In this document: positions 38,055 through 47,832 of the stretch, piece by piece
How the letters are laid out: every line of letters starts with the position of its first letter
How positions within the stretch are numbered: the first letter of the stretch is position 1
From: Nitrospira japonica
GTDB lineage: Bacteria > Nitrospirota > Thermodesulfovibrionia > Thermodesulfovibrionales > SM23-35
Direction of reading: 5' to 3'
NCBI GenBank assembly: GCA_020725385.1
Contig: DYFC01000008.1
Location: 1 to 52,054 of the forward strand
DNA: 52,054 bases
The notes under the pieces: generated by a model
The model's input: the letters and a program-made list of their open reading frames with translations, nothing else
Told to the model about the DNA's origin: nothing
Database searches by the model: none
Translations under genes and position numbers: made by a program

Positions 38055-40058
38055 TTATGGGAACATCTGGACATATGGTACTTTCTTGAATTCCCATGTA
38101 TTTGTTTCAGCATTATATTTGGAATTTGTAAAGCATTTCCAGTTAGCGTCATCGATCTTGTTGAAGTCGCCTCTGTAATAATAGCCGGGATATCTTGACT
38201 CTTCTCTAAAGAGAATGTGTCTTGCATGTGCTTCAACAGAAAGAATTCTGTGATAGTTCTCAAAGCATCTGAGAAGCTCATGTAGATCTTTTGCTGCCAT
38301 ATGGTTGCAATCCTCTTTAAGAAGTTCGAGTTTCTTGAGTCCTTCTTCGAGCATTGTCTTTGAGGTCATATACCATGTTGCACATCCACCGAAGTATTCA
38401 TCAGCAATTTTCATGAGTCTTAACTGAATTGCTTTTGGTCCGATGTAATAAGGATTGATTTCAGGTGCAGTTGTGTAAGTTTTGTATTTCTCATATATCT
38501 CAAATGGCAGATAGAGTTCGGCTGCTATTTCATCAAGGGTCATCTTAGGATCTGGTTTATAATCTGCGTGGTCAAGAATATAGGCTATTGCAGCTTTTGC
38601 AGCAAGTCTTCCCTCTGCGTGTGAGCCGGATGAGAACTTATGTCCTGATGCGCCGACAACGTCACCAGCCATAAAGAGTCCGGGAACTGTTGACATTCTG
38701 TTGTAACCCCATGTATAGTGCTCGGGTGTTCCAGGTATATCGCCAGGACCACTTACCCAGAAGCCTGCGCAACCGGCATGTGAACCGAGAAGATAAGGCT
38801 CTGTTGGCATAATTTCTGAAGGAACTTTTTCCGGTTCAACGTTGTTAGCTGCCCAGAGAGATGCCTGTCCGATAGCCATGTCAAGGAAGTCTTCCCATGC
38901 TTCTGCTTCAAGGTGTTTTAGTTTCTTTGCACCGGCTTTTTCGCCAAGTTGCTCAATAATTCTCTTTGAGAATTCTGCCATCGCTGTATGGGTATTCATG
39001 AGAATCGGTCCCTTACCATCTTTCATGGCTCTCATCATAAGATGGTTTCTGATTGCTGTACCGAGATTCTTTGCATAATCTCCATATCTTGCAACTGCAT
39101 CATCAAAATATTCTTTATTTGCGCAATAATCTTCTCCATAACTATCTGTTGCTTTTGCTTTGAAGAAGAGGAACCATGCGCCAACAGGACCGTACCCATC
39201 TTTAAATCTTGCTGGTACGAATCTGTTTTCCATAAGTGTCATTTCAGCTCCGGCCTGCATACCGAATGCATAGCCTGAACCTGCGCAGAAAACCGGGTAC
39301 CATGTTCTGCCCATACCTTCACCAACTGATCTCGGTCTGAAGCAGTTAACAGCACCAGCTGTTGCGCAAACCATTGCTTTTGCTTTAAATGAATAGATCT
39401 TGTTTTCTCTTGTGCTGAATCCAACTGCTGCTGCAACATTCTTACCGTTTTTATCCATAACAGCTTTAACGATAAATACTCTCTCGAAATGGTTCTGTGC
39501 CATTCCTGTTGCAGCTCTGTTGGTCTCAAGAGCTTTCTTTGCAGCTTCTGCAACCACGACTTTATATGATTCACCATTGATCATTATCTGCCATTTACCC
39601 GAACGGCATGGTGTTCCACCGTCTTTCAACATCTTATGGCCTTTTTCTTTTGCCTCATGACCATCTATTGAGAATCCGTCTTCACCTTTTTTCCAGATTG
39701 GGAGACCCCATTCTTCAAAATGATGAACCGAGTCGTCAACATGTCTGCCGAGGTCATAAACAAGGTCTTCTCTGATTATGCCCATAAGGTCATTTCTTAC
39801 ATATTTAACATAATCAGCAACTTTGTTCTCGCCTACGTATGTGTTAATAGCTGACAAACCCATTGCAACCGCACCGCTTCTATCTGTTGCTGCTTTGTCA
39901 ACCAATACAACTTTAAGACCTTTTGCATTTGCCCAGCGGCATGCCTCAAATGCTGCTCCGCAGCCTGCCATACCACCGCCCATTATTAAAAGATCGCATT
40001 CAACTTCTGTAACTTCCGGTCTCTTACAGTATGAAAACGTGCAAGTTTCTTTTTCCAT
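38055..40058 (-). CDS. aprA: Dissimilatory adenylylsulfate (APS) reductase alpha subunit
   Basis: GGGMAGCG, RSGAVAMGLSAIN, WQIMINGESYK, RFKDGYGPVGAWF, EPYLLGSH, GHKFSSGSHAEGR, REESRYPG. Confidence 0.97.
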   Translation of the reverse strand: MEKETCTFSYCKRPEVTEVECDLLIMGGGMAGCGAAFEACRWANAKGLKVVLVDKAATDRSGAVAMGLSAINTYVGENKVADYVKYVRNDLMGIIREDLVYDLGRHVDDSVHHFEEWGLPIWKKGEDGFSIDGHEAKEKGHKMLKDGGTPCRSGKWQIMINGESYKVVVAEAAKKALETNRAATGMAQNHFERVFIVKAVMDKNGKNVAAAVGFSTRENKIYSFKAKAMVCATAGAVNCFRPRSVGEGMGRTWYPVFCAGSGYAFGMQAGAEMTLMENRFVPARFKDGYGPVGAWFLFFKAKATDSYGEDYCANKEYFDDAVARYGDYAKNLGTAIRNHLMMRAMKDGKGPILMNTHTAMAEFSKRIIEQLGEKAGAKKLKHLEAEAWEDFLDMAIGQASLWAANNVEPEKVPSEIMPTEPYLLGSHAGCAGFWVSGPGDIPGTPEHYTWGYNRMSTVPGLFMAGDVVGASGHKFSSGSHAEGRLAAKAAIAYILDHADYKPDPKMTLDEIAAELYLPFEIYEKYKTYTTAPEINPYYIGPKAIQLRLMKIADEYFGGCATWYMTSKTMLEEGLKKLELLKEDCNHMAAKDLHELLRCFENYHRILSVEAHARHILFREESRYPGYYYRGDFNKIDDANWKCFTNSKYNAETNTWEFKKVPYVQMFP

Positions 40059-40076
40059 TTATATTCACCTCCTTAA

Positions 40077-40496
40077 TTATTCAGTTCTTGCAGGGCCAGT
40101 GAAAAAGCCCGGCTCTTTTATTTTTGAGAAATCAGGCTCCGGTTTTCCGGCATATGGATCAACTGTGCCTTCAACAGTTGTCCTTATCGGGAATTTGAAT
40201 CTCTTTGTGAGTCCGTTTCTAAATTTAATTGTCCACATAATTGAATCTGAGCTTCTCATTGGAATAGTCTGTGAGCCCAATGGAACAAAGTCTGAATAAC
40301 CTCTTACTTCAATAGCCTGCTGAGGGCAGATTTTTACACAGTTAAAGCACTCCCAGCACTGCTCGGGCTCCTGGTTGTAAGCCTTCATTTTTTCTCTGTC
40401 AAGAATCATAAGGTCATGAGGACAAATATACTGACATGCAGTCTTGTCCCCGGCTTTGCAGCCGTCACATTTTTCAGTAATTACAAAACTTGGCAT
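40077..40496 (-). CDS. aprB: APS reductase beta subunit
   Basis: CDGCKAGDKTACQYICP and QCWECFNCVKICP clusters; IMWTIKFRNG..RFKFPIRTT tail. Confidence 0.97.
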   Translation of the reverse strand: MPSFVITEKCDGCKAGDKTACQYICPHDLMILDREKMKAYNQEPEQCWECFNCVKICPQQAIEVRGYSDFVPLGSQTIPMRSSDSIMWTIKFRNGLTKRFKFPIRTTVEGTVDPYAGKPEPDFSKIKEPGFFTGPARTE

Positions 40497-40577
40497 TTAA
40501 CTACACCTCCTTTTAGAGTTTAATTTGAAAGTGAAAATAAAGCGACAACTTCTAATTAAGCGAGTCTCTTCTTCCAC
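40497..40577 (-). other. Candidate 26-aa upstream mini-ORF (MEEETRLIRSCRFIFTFKLNSKRRCS) or SD-pairing RNA element before aprB
   Basis: AAGGAAAGGAG precedes GTG 40577. The frame is open and in frame with aprB, and its TAA (40499-40497) abuts the aprB ATG. Confidence 0.4.
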
Positions 40578-40597
40578 CTCCTTTCCTTGTTAACTTG

Positions 40598-40631
40598 ATG
40601 TGCGGGTAACAATATAATTGCTACCCGACAT
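40598..40631 (-). other. Intercistronic hairpin between sat and aprB
   Basis: Minus strand ATGT-CGGGTAGCAAT-tat-ATTGTTACCCG-c-ACAT; no U-tract follows it on the mRNA strand. Confidence 0.6.
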
Positions 40632-40676
40632 ACTTTTTGTAACCAAAAAACATTAAACTAAAATTTAAGGTAAAAA

Positions 40677-41897
40677 TTACTTCTTTTCACCTTCAGCATA
40701 TTTATGTAATTTAATCTCTACTTTTTCAGTTAGACCCTGATAGTACTCTTTAAGAATCTCGGCTACCTCGGGACGGCTAAACTTAGATGATACTTCCTCA
40801 CCCTCGGAAAGCATTTTCCTGAGTTTTGTTCCGCTGAGAAGAACTCTATCGTCTTTTCCATGCGGGCATGTTCTCATTGATGCCATACCATCGCATTTAT
40901 TGCAATAGAATGTCCAGTCTATCTTTAATGGTTTTGTTTCAAGAGAACCTTCTGGAATCTCATCAAATATTTTCTGTGCATCGAAAGGACCATAGTATTC
41001 ACCAACACCTGCATGGTCACGTCCGATAATCATATAATAACAACCATAATTCTGCCTAAAGGTTGCATGTAATAGTGCTTCTCTTGGTCCGGCATATCTC
41101 ATATCAAGAGGATAACCAGCCTGAATGCATGTATTTTTGACAAAATATAATTCAACAAGCTTGTCTATTGCTCTAACTCTAACTTCTGCAGGTATATCAC
41201 CGGGCTTTAATTTTCCGAGCAATTGATGGATAAGAACACCGTCACAAATTTCAATAGCAATTTTTGCGAGGAATTCATGTGAACGGTGCATCGGGTTTCT
41301 TAATTGTAATGCAGCAACTGTATTCCAGCCTTTTTCTTGAAACATTTTTCTTGTTTCAGCAGGTGTAAGGAATAGTCCAGGATATTGTGCGGGAAATCCT
41401 CCCTGGCTCAAAACTTTTACAGGACCGGCAAGGTTTACTTCTGCCTGCTCCATAACCATCTTAACACCCGGATGCTCCATATCGGTAGTTTTATAAATAT
41501 TCTTGCATTCAAAATCTTTGTCAATGGTGTACTTTTCGGTCACTTTCATAGTAGCCATAAATTTACTATACTCATCGGACCAGAGTGCGATTTCATCTCC
41601 TATCTTAATTCCATCGGCATCTGATTTTGAAGCTGATAATGTTATAGGAATCGGCCAGAATGTTCCATCTGCCATTTTAAAATCAGCGCAAACACCTTTC
41701 CAGTCAGCCTCTGTCATGAAACCTGTAAGTGGTGTAAAACCACCGATTCCCATCATAATGAGGTCACCAGCTTCACGGGAAGTTATGCTGATTTTTTTCA
41801 GTTTTTCAGCTTTTTTCTTCTCCTCTTCCAATTCCGCCCCGGTTAGAAGAAGGGGTTTGAGTTTTTTCTCTTTTCCATGTGGATTTGGTAATGCCAT
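40677..41897 (-). CDS. sat: Sulfate adenylyltransferase (ATP sulfurylase)
   Basis: [29 protein letters not shown], zinc ligands CNKC..CPH, LSGTKLR. Confidence 0.97.
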   Translation of the reverse strand: MALPNPHGKEKKLKPLLLTGAELEEEKKKAEKLKKISITSREAGDLIMMGIGGFTPLTGFMTEADWKGVCADFKMADGTFWPIPITLSASKSDADGIKIGDEIALWSDEYSKFMATMKVTEKYTIDKDFECKNIYKTTDMEHPGVKMVMEQAEVNLAGPVKVLSQGGFPAQYPGLFLTPAETRKMFQEKGWNTVAALQLRNPMHRSHEFLAKIAIEICDGVLIHQLLGKLKPGDIPAEVRVRAIDKLVELYFVKNTCIQAGYPLDMRYAGPREALLHATFRQNYGCYYMIIGRDHAGVGEYYGPFDAQKIFDEIPEGSLETKPLKIDWTFYCNKCDGMASMRTCPHGKDDRVLLSGTKLRKMLSEGEEVSSKFSRPEVAEILKEYYQGLTEKVEIKLHKYAEGEKK

Positions 41898-41950
41898 AAT
41901 GCTTCCTCCTTAAAAATATATTTTCAAGACCAAGCTTGAATTCATAAAAA

Positions 41951-42598
41951 TTAGCTAAGACCTAAAAGCTCACAGACCTTCTTAAATATATCATCAATAT
42001 TCCCTGTACCCTGAACAGTTTTCAAAATACCTTTTTTGCCATAGTAATCAATTAAAGGTGCTGTTTGGGCGTTATATACATCCAGTCTCTTTTTAATTGT
42101 TTCCTCTTTGTCATCATCTCTCTGGAAGAGTTCGCCGTTGCATTTGTCGCAGACACCTTCTTTTGCAGGTGGCTTGAAATAAATATTGTACATTTGTCCG
42201 CACGATTTGCATGTCCTTCTTCCTGTAAGTCTTTTCATAAGGTCATCGAATGGAACATCTACGCTGAGAGCAGCTGTAAGTGACATATTCAAAGAGGCGA
42301 GCATTTTGTCGAGTGCTTCTGCCTGAGCAGTATTTCTCGGGAATCCGTCCAGAATATATCCCTTTTTGCAGTCATCCTGTTTGAGTCTTTCTTCAACCAT
42401 TCCAAGAACAACACTATCAGGAACGAGTTCACCTTTGTCCATGTAGGATTTTGCTTCTTTGCCTAAAGCAGTTCCAGCTGCTACCGCTGCTCTGAGCAGG
42501 TCGCCTGTTGATATTTGAGGGATGCTATACTTCTCGATAAGTTTCTTCGCCTGCGTCCCTTTTCCAGCTCCTGGTGCACCAAGCAATACTAATCTCAT
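41951..42598 (-). CDS. adk: Adenylate kinase (Zn-lid type)
   Basis: GAPGAGKGTQ, STGDLLR, LDGFPR, lid CKSC..CDKC, QRDDD. Confidence 0.97.
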   Translation of the reverse strand: MRLVLLGAPGAGKGTQAKKLIEKYSIPQISTGDLLRAAVAAGTALGKEAKSYMDKGELVPDSVVLGMVEERLKQDDCKKGYILDGFPRNTAQAEALDKMLASLNMSLTAALSVDVPFDDLMKRLTGRRTCKSCGQMYNIYFKPPAKEGVCDKCNGELFQRDDDKEETIKKRLDVYNAQTAPLIDYYGKKGILKTVQGTGNIDDIFKKVCELLGLS

Positions 42599-42759
42599 GT
42601 TAATACCCCCGTATTAATTTATTCAGAAATTTACAAAACAAACAGCTTCTATCTTACGTAGCTAAAAATATAAACCGTTAAAAATCAAAACAAATTTGCT
42701 TAGTACTAAAAATAAATTATGTGGCAGAAATAAAAAATAAAACAAAAATGAGACATATA

Positions 42760-42788
42760 ACTATATTATTAGTAGTCTTTTAAGTCAA
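42760..42788 (-). promoter_or_regulatory. Sigma70 promoter for adk-sat(-apr)
   Basis: Minus strand TTGACT (42788-42783), 17 nt, TATAGT (42765-42760). Confidence 0.6.
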
Positions 42789-42846
42789 ATTCATATTTTT
42801 GATAAATCGATAAAAATTACTTATCACTCAATTTTTAATCTATAAT

Positions 42847-43443
42847 TTACTTAACAATTCCGGCTTTAAGGAATTCTCTTAACTTGAAAAGTGCGCTGCC
42901 CCTATGGCTTATAGCATCTTTTTCGAGATCTGACATTTCTGCAAAAGTTTTAAGTTTTCCCTCCGGGACAAAAACAGGGTCATAACCAAAACCATTTACT
43001 CCTCTTGGTTCTCTGATAATACTTCCATTAACTGTTCCCTCGAAAAAATATGTTTTAAAATCATGGGTTGTCAGAGCAATACAGCATACAAAACGCGCTT
43101 TTCTGTCTTTATCATCAATATCCTTCATCTTATCAAGAAGCTTTTTAACATTTTCACTATCAGTTGCTCCTTCTCCTGCAAATCTTGCAGAGAAAACACC
43201 CGGTTTTCCTCCCAATGCATAAACTTCAAGCCCTGAGTCATCGGATAGAGAAGCTTTACCTGTGTATTTAGCTGCAGCTAATGATTTTTTAGCAGCATTC
43301 TCACTGAAAGATAATCCGTCTTCTATAACATCAGGAAATTCGGGAAAATCATCAGGAGTTAAAATCTTGATATTCATATCTGATGTTATTCTTCTGATTT
43401 CTTCAATTTTTTTCTTATTTTTAGTTGCTATTACAAGTTCCAT
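42847..43443 (-). CDS. rdgB: XTP/dITP diphosphatase (HAM1 family)
   Basis: ATKNKKKIEE, DDSGL, PGVFSARF, GFGYDPVF, SHRG. Confidence 0.95.
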   Translation of the reverse strand: MELVIATKNKKKIEEIRRITSDMNIKILTPDDFPEFPDVIEDGLSFSENAAKKSLAAAKYTGKASLSDDSGLEVYALGGKPGVFSARFAGEGATDSENVKKLLDKMKDIDDKDRKARFVCCIALTTHDFKTYFFEGTVNGSIIREPRGVNGFGYDPVFVPEGKLKTFAEMSDLEKDAISHRGSALFKLREFLKAGIVK

Positions 43444-43579
43444 ATCTTAAATTTGGTTATATGAGAAATAACACAGTTTATATAAAAAACTATCAAACTT
43501 GCAAGCCGGGAAACAAAACACTTAATGGGTTCTAATTTTTCTTTCTTGCCAGAAAAACAAAAATGTGTTAAAAAAGCAT

Positions 43580-44566
43580 ATGAAAGAATCATTTGATGGC
43601 TATAGTATAAGTGAATTAAAAGATTTAATTTCTGAACACATTGGAGCAGAACGTGTTCCTAAAAATTTAAATGTTTATACCGATACTTCGGATTTTTACA
43701 GGGTAGATTATGATGATGTTGTTATACTCGGAGGCAAACCCTATTTAATCAGAAATAATGAAAGAGAAGGACGTTTCGGTATTGATGAGCAACAGAAGTT
43801 CTGGGTAAAACGTGCAAGAGATCTTACGGATGGAAGCGTAAAAATAATTAAGTTTGTTTTTCACGAAAGATTTGAGGCTAAAGTGGGTGGAATAGTTTTC
43901 GAGTGCTTCAGGAGCCCCAGAAAAGAAGCAAGAATACTTGATCTTACAAAAGACCATCCGAGATTCATGCACGGGTTTTCGGTAACCGATGTATCTAATA
44001 ACATTATCAGAATAATAGACTTTATAAAAGGAAAAACCTTTGCTGATTTCGTACTTACTCTCGGTAAGAATCATGAAGATTATTATTATAATCATTTTCC
44101 ATCGGTACTTGATGAATTCATCGAACTAACAATGGCAATAAAATTCCTTCATGAACATGGCGAAAAACATGGTGACATAAGGCGTGATCATATATTGAAA
44201 GATTCCAGTTCAGAGATTAGCAGATGGATTGATTTTGATTTTAATTATCTTCATAAAGAGAACTTTTACGGTTATGACCTTTTTGGACTTGGTAATATTC
44301 TGGTATATCTTGCTGGCAGAGGCGATGTTACAATACAAGCACTGAAGCAAAACAATTCTTCTGTTGTTTCCAGTTTAGTTTCGGATGATATGAATATAAT
44401 ATTTAATAACAGGGTAGTAAATTTAAGAAAAGTTTATCCATATATAGACGAAAGTTTAAATTATATCATGAAACACTTTTCTCTCGGAGCTGAAACTTTT
44501 TATGACAATACCGAGCAGTTTTTACACGATTTAATGGAAGCAAGGACAAATATCGGTAAAACTTAA
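43580..44566 (+). CDS. Atypical protein kinase-like protein
   Basis: EGRFG loop, VKIIK Lys, catalytic-loop-like LHEHGEKHGDIRRDHIL, WIDFD (DFG variant), YDLFGLG. ATG 43580 chosen; GTG 43565 is possible. Confidence 0.72.
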   Translation: MKESFDGYSISELKDLISEHIGAERVPKNLNVYTDTSDFYRVDYDDVVILGGKPYLIRNNEREGRFGIDEQQKFWVKRARDLTDGSVKIIKFVFHERFEAKVGGIVFECFRSPRKEARILDLTKDHPRFMHGFSVTDVSNNIIRIIDFIKGKTFADFVLTLGKNHEDYYYNHFPSVLDEFIELTMAIKFLHEHGEKHGDIRRDHILKDSSSEISRWIDFDFNYLHKENFYGYDLFGLGNILVYLAGRGDVTIQALKQNNSSVVSSLVSDDMNIIFNNRVVNLRKVYPYIDESLNYIMKHFSLGAETFYDNTEQFLHDLMEARTNIGKT

Positions 44567-44590
44567 CTTTAATAACAAAAGGTGAAAGTC

Positions 44591-45058
44591 ATGAATAAAA
44601 AATTAAACAAAAATAGAAACATTCTTATTGCTGTTGATGGTTCGGAAAATTCAAAAAGGGCAGTTCTTTACGTAAGTGAAATTATTAACGGCATGGAGGG
44701 ATTTCATGTAACTATCGTCCATATAATTTCAATACCTCCGGATGATTATTTTGTTTCAGAAGTTGAAAAAGCTTCGTGGATCGGGACTAAATCACTTGAA
44801 GGCAACAAAATTCTACAGGAACATCTCAATCTATTATTAATTTCAGGGTATTATAAAGAAGATGTGGAAACAAAACTTATAGTAAAAGAATGTATTTCTA
44901 TTGCAGAATGTATAATTGAAGAGCAAAAAAATCTCAACTGCGGCACCATTGTAATCGGTCGTCGCGGTATTTCAAAGAAAGAAGAATTTATTTTTGGAAG
45001 CACATCTAATAAACTTCTGCACGAATCAAAAGATTGCTCCGTGTGGGTTATAAATTAA
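44591..45058 (+). CDS. Universal stress protein (ATP-binding type)
   Basis: ILIAVDGS and the G-2x-G-9x-GS motif (GRRGISKKEEFIFGS); ATG 44591 follows AAAAGGTG. Confidence 0.9.
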   Translation: MNKKLNKNRNILIAVDGSENSKRAVLYVSEIINGMEGFHVTIVHIISIPPDDYFVSEVEKASWIGTKSLEGNKILQEHLNLLLISGYYKEDVETKLIVKECISIAECIIEEQKNLNCGTIVIGRRGISKKEEFIFGSTSNKLLHESKDCSVWVIN

Positions 45059-45138
45059 CATTAGATTTTCTAAGTATTTTGGGACAGCAAAAAATACATC
45101 TCTTGAAAAAACAGGGAAATGTCTGCTAAGATTTTGAA

Positions 45139-46597
<1,459 letters not shown>

Positions 46598-46598
<1 letters not shown>

Positions 46599-47380
46599 TG
46601 TTTAGAAAGCGCATCCTGGTTTTAATCTTCATAATAATTACTCTGGGTTTGATGACTTTTCAGAGCAATAGACAAAGAATTTTGCCGTTTTCCTTTTTAG
46701 ACTCCCCGCTAAACAGCATTCATTATGCTCTAACCTCTGTAACCGATTATATTTCCGCTCCCTTCAAACGTATGATGATAAGAGAAGAAGAGAACTTAAG
46801 ATTAAAAACCGAACGCGACAATCTTTTACAAGAATTACAATCCTGCAGAGAAATTTTCATTGAAAATAAAAAACTCAGGGAAATTCTTGCTATTAAGGAA
46901 CATGGATACAAATATGTTGCTACTGCAAGAATTATTGGAAGAAGTACAGATCAATGGTCCAATATATTGATTCTTGACAAGGGCAGAAATAATGGCATCG
47001 CAAAAGATATGATTACAGTTACAGAGAAAGGTCTAACCGGAAAAATTACAGGTGTCTCGGATTCATATTCATATATGCTTTTAATCGGTGATATGAGTTT
47101 TTCGGTTGCTGCACGTCTTCAGGAATCAAGAACAGAAGGGGTCATTTCAGGAACAGGGTTCAAAAAGTGTCAGTTAAAATATATTCCTTATGAGGAAGAA
47201 GTTAAAAAAGATGATATTGTTATAACATCAGGACTTGACATGCTTTTCCCGAAAGGGATACCTATTGGTTATGTATCAAGGGTCAATAAAAAAGATATGG
47301 GATTTTTTCAGGACATCGAGGTTATTCCTTTTGTTGATACCTCAAAAATAGAGTTCGTTGCAATAATTAAGGGAGAATGA
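46598..47380 (+). CDS. mreC: Rod shape-determining protein MreC
   Basis: N-terminal TM helix, coiled coil (EEENLRLK..ENKKLREIL), LDKG, ITSGLD..FPKGIPIG. Confidence 0.93.
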
Positions 47381-47832
47381 AATATTTTTTATGGGCGATT
47401 GCCCTTTTTTTAACGCTTATATTTCAAGGTTATTTTTCATTTTTTAATATAATACCCAACCTTACTATCGTCTTTGCATTTTATGCAGGCTTAAGGCATG
47501 GTGATATAAAAGGCCTGGCAATTGGAGCATTAATAGGAGCGATAGAGGATAGCATTTCAAGCATGTTTCTGGGGCCTAATATGCTCAGCAAAGGCATTGC
47601 TGGCTTTATTGCTTCACATCTTTATACAAGATTCTTTATATGGACACCTTTAATCGGCATGATCACAATTGTTGTATTTACTTTCACTGATAGCCTTATG
47701 GTTTTTATGATGAAAAGCGTTTTTGACCGGATGCCAACGGACGCAATAACAGGATTATCTATTATATTTATTCGTTCTTTGATTAATGCGCCTTTTGGAT
47801 ATTTCTTGAAACCAAAGGAAATACATTCATGA
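47377..47832 (+). CDS. mreD: Rod shape-determining protein MreD
   Basis: Small hydrophobic protein (IPNL, GAIEDS) between mreC and mrdA with ATGA overlaps. Confidence 0.82.
   Translation: MKYFLWAIALFLTLIFQGYFSFFNIIPNLTIVFAFYAGLRHGDIKGLAIGALIGAIEDSISSMFLGPNMLSKGIAGFIASHLYTRFFIWTPLIGMITIVVFTFTDSLMVFMMKSVFDRMPTDAITGLSIIFIRSLINAPFGYFLKPKEIHS

Noticed and set aside
42599-42846. Rex operator upstream of adk-sat
   Set aside because: Rex regulates sat/apr in Desulfovibrio, but I find no convincing TTGTGAA-N4-TTCACAA-like palindrome here.
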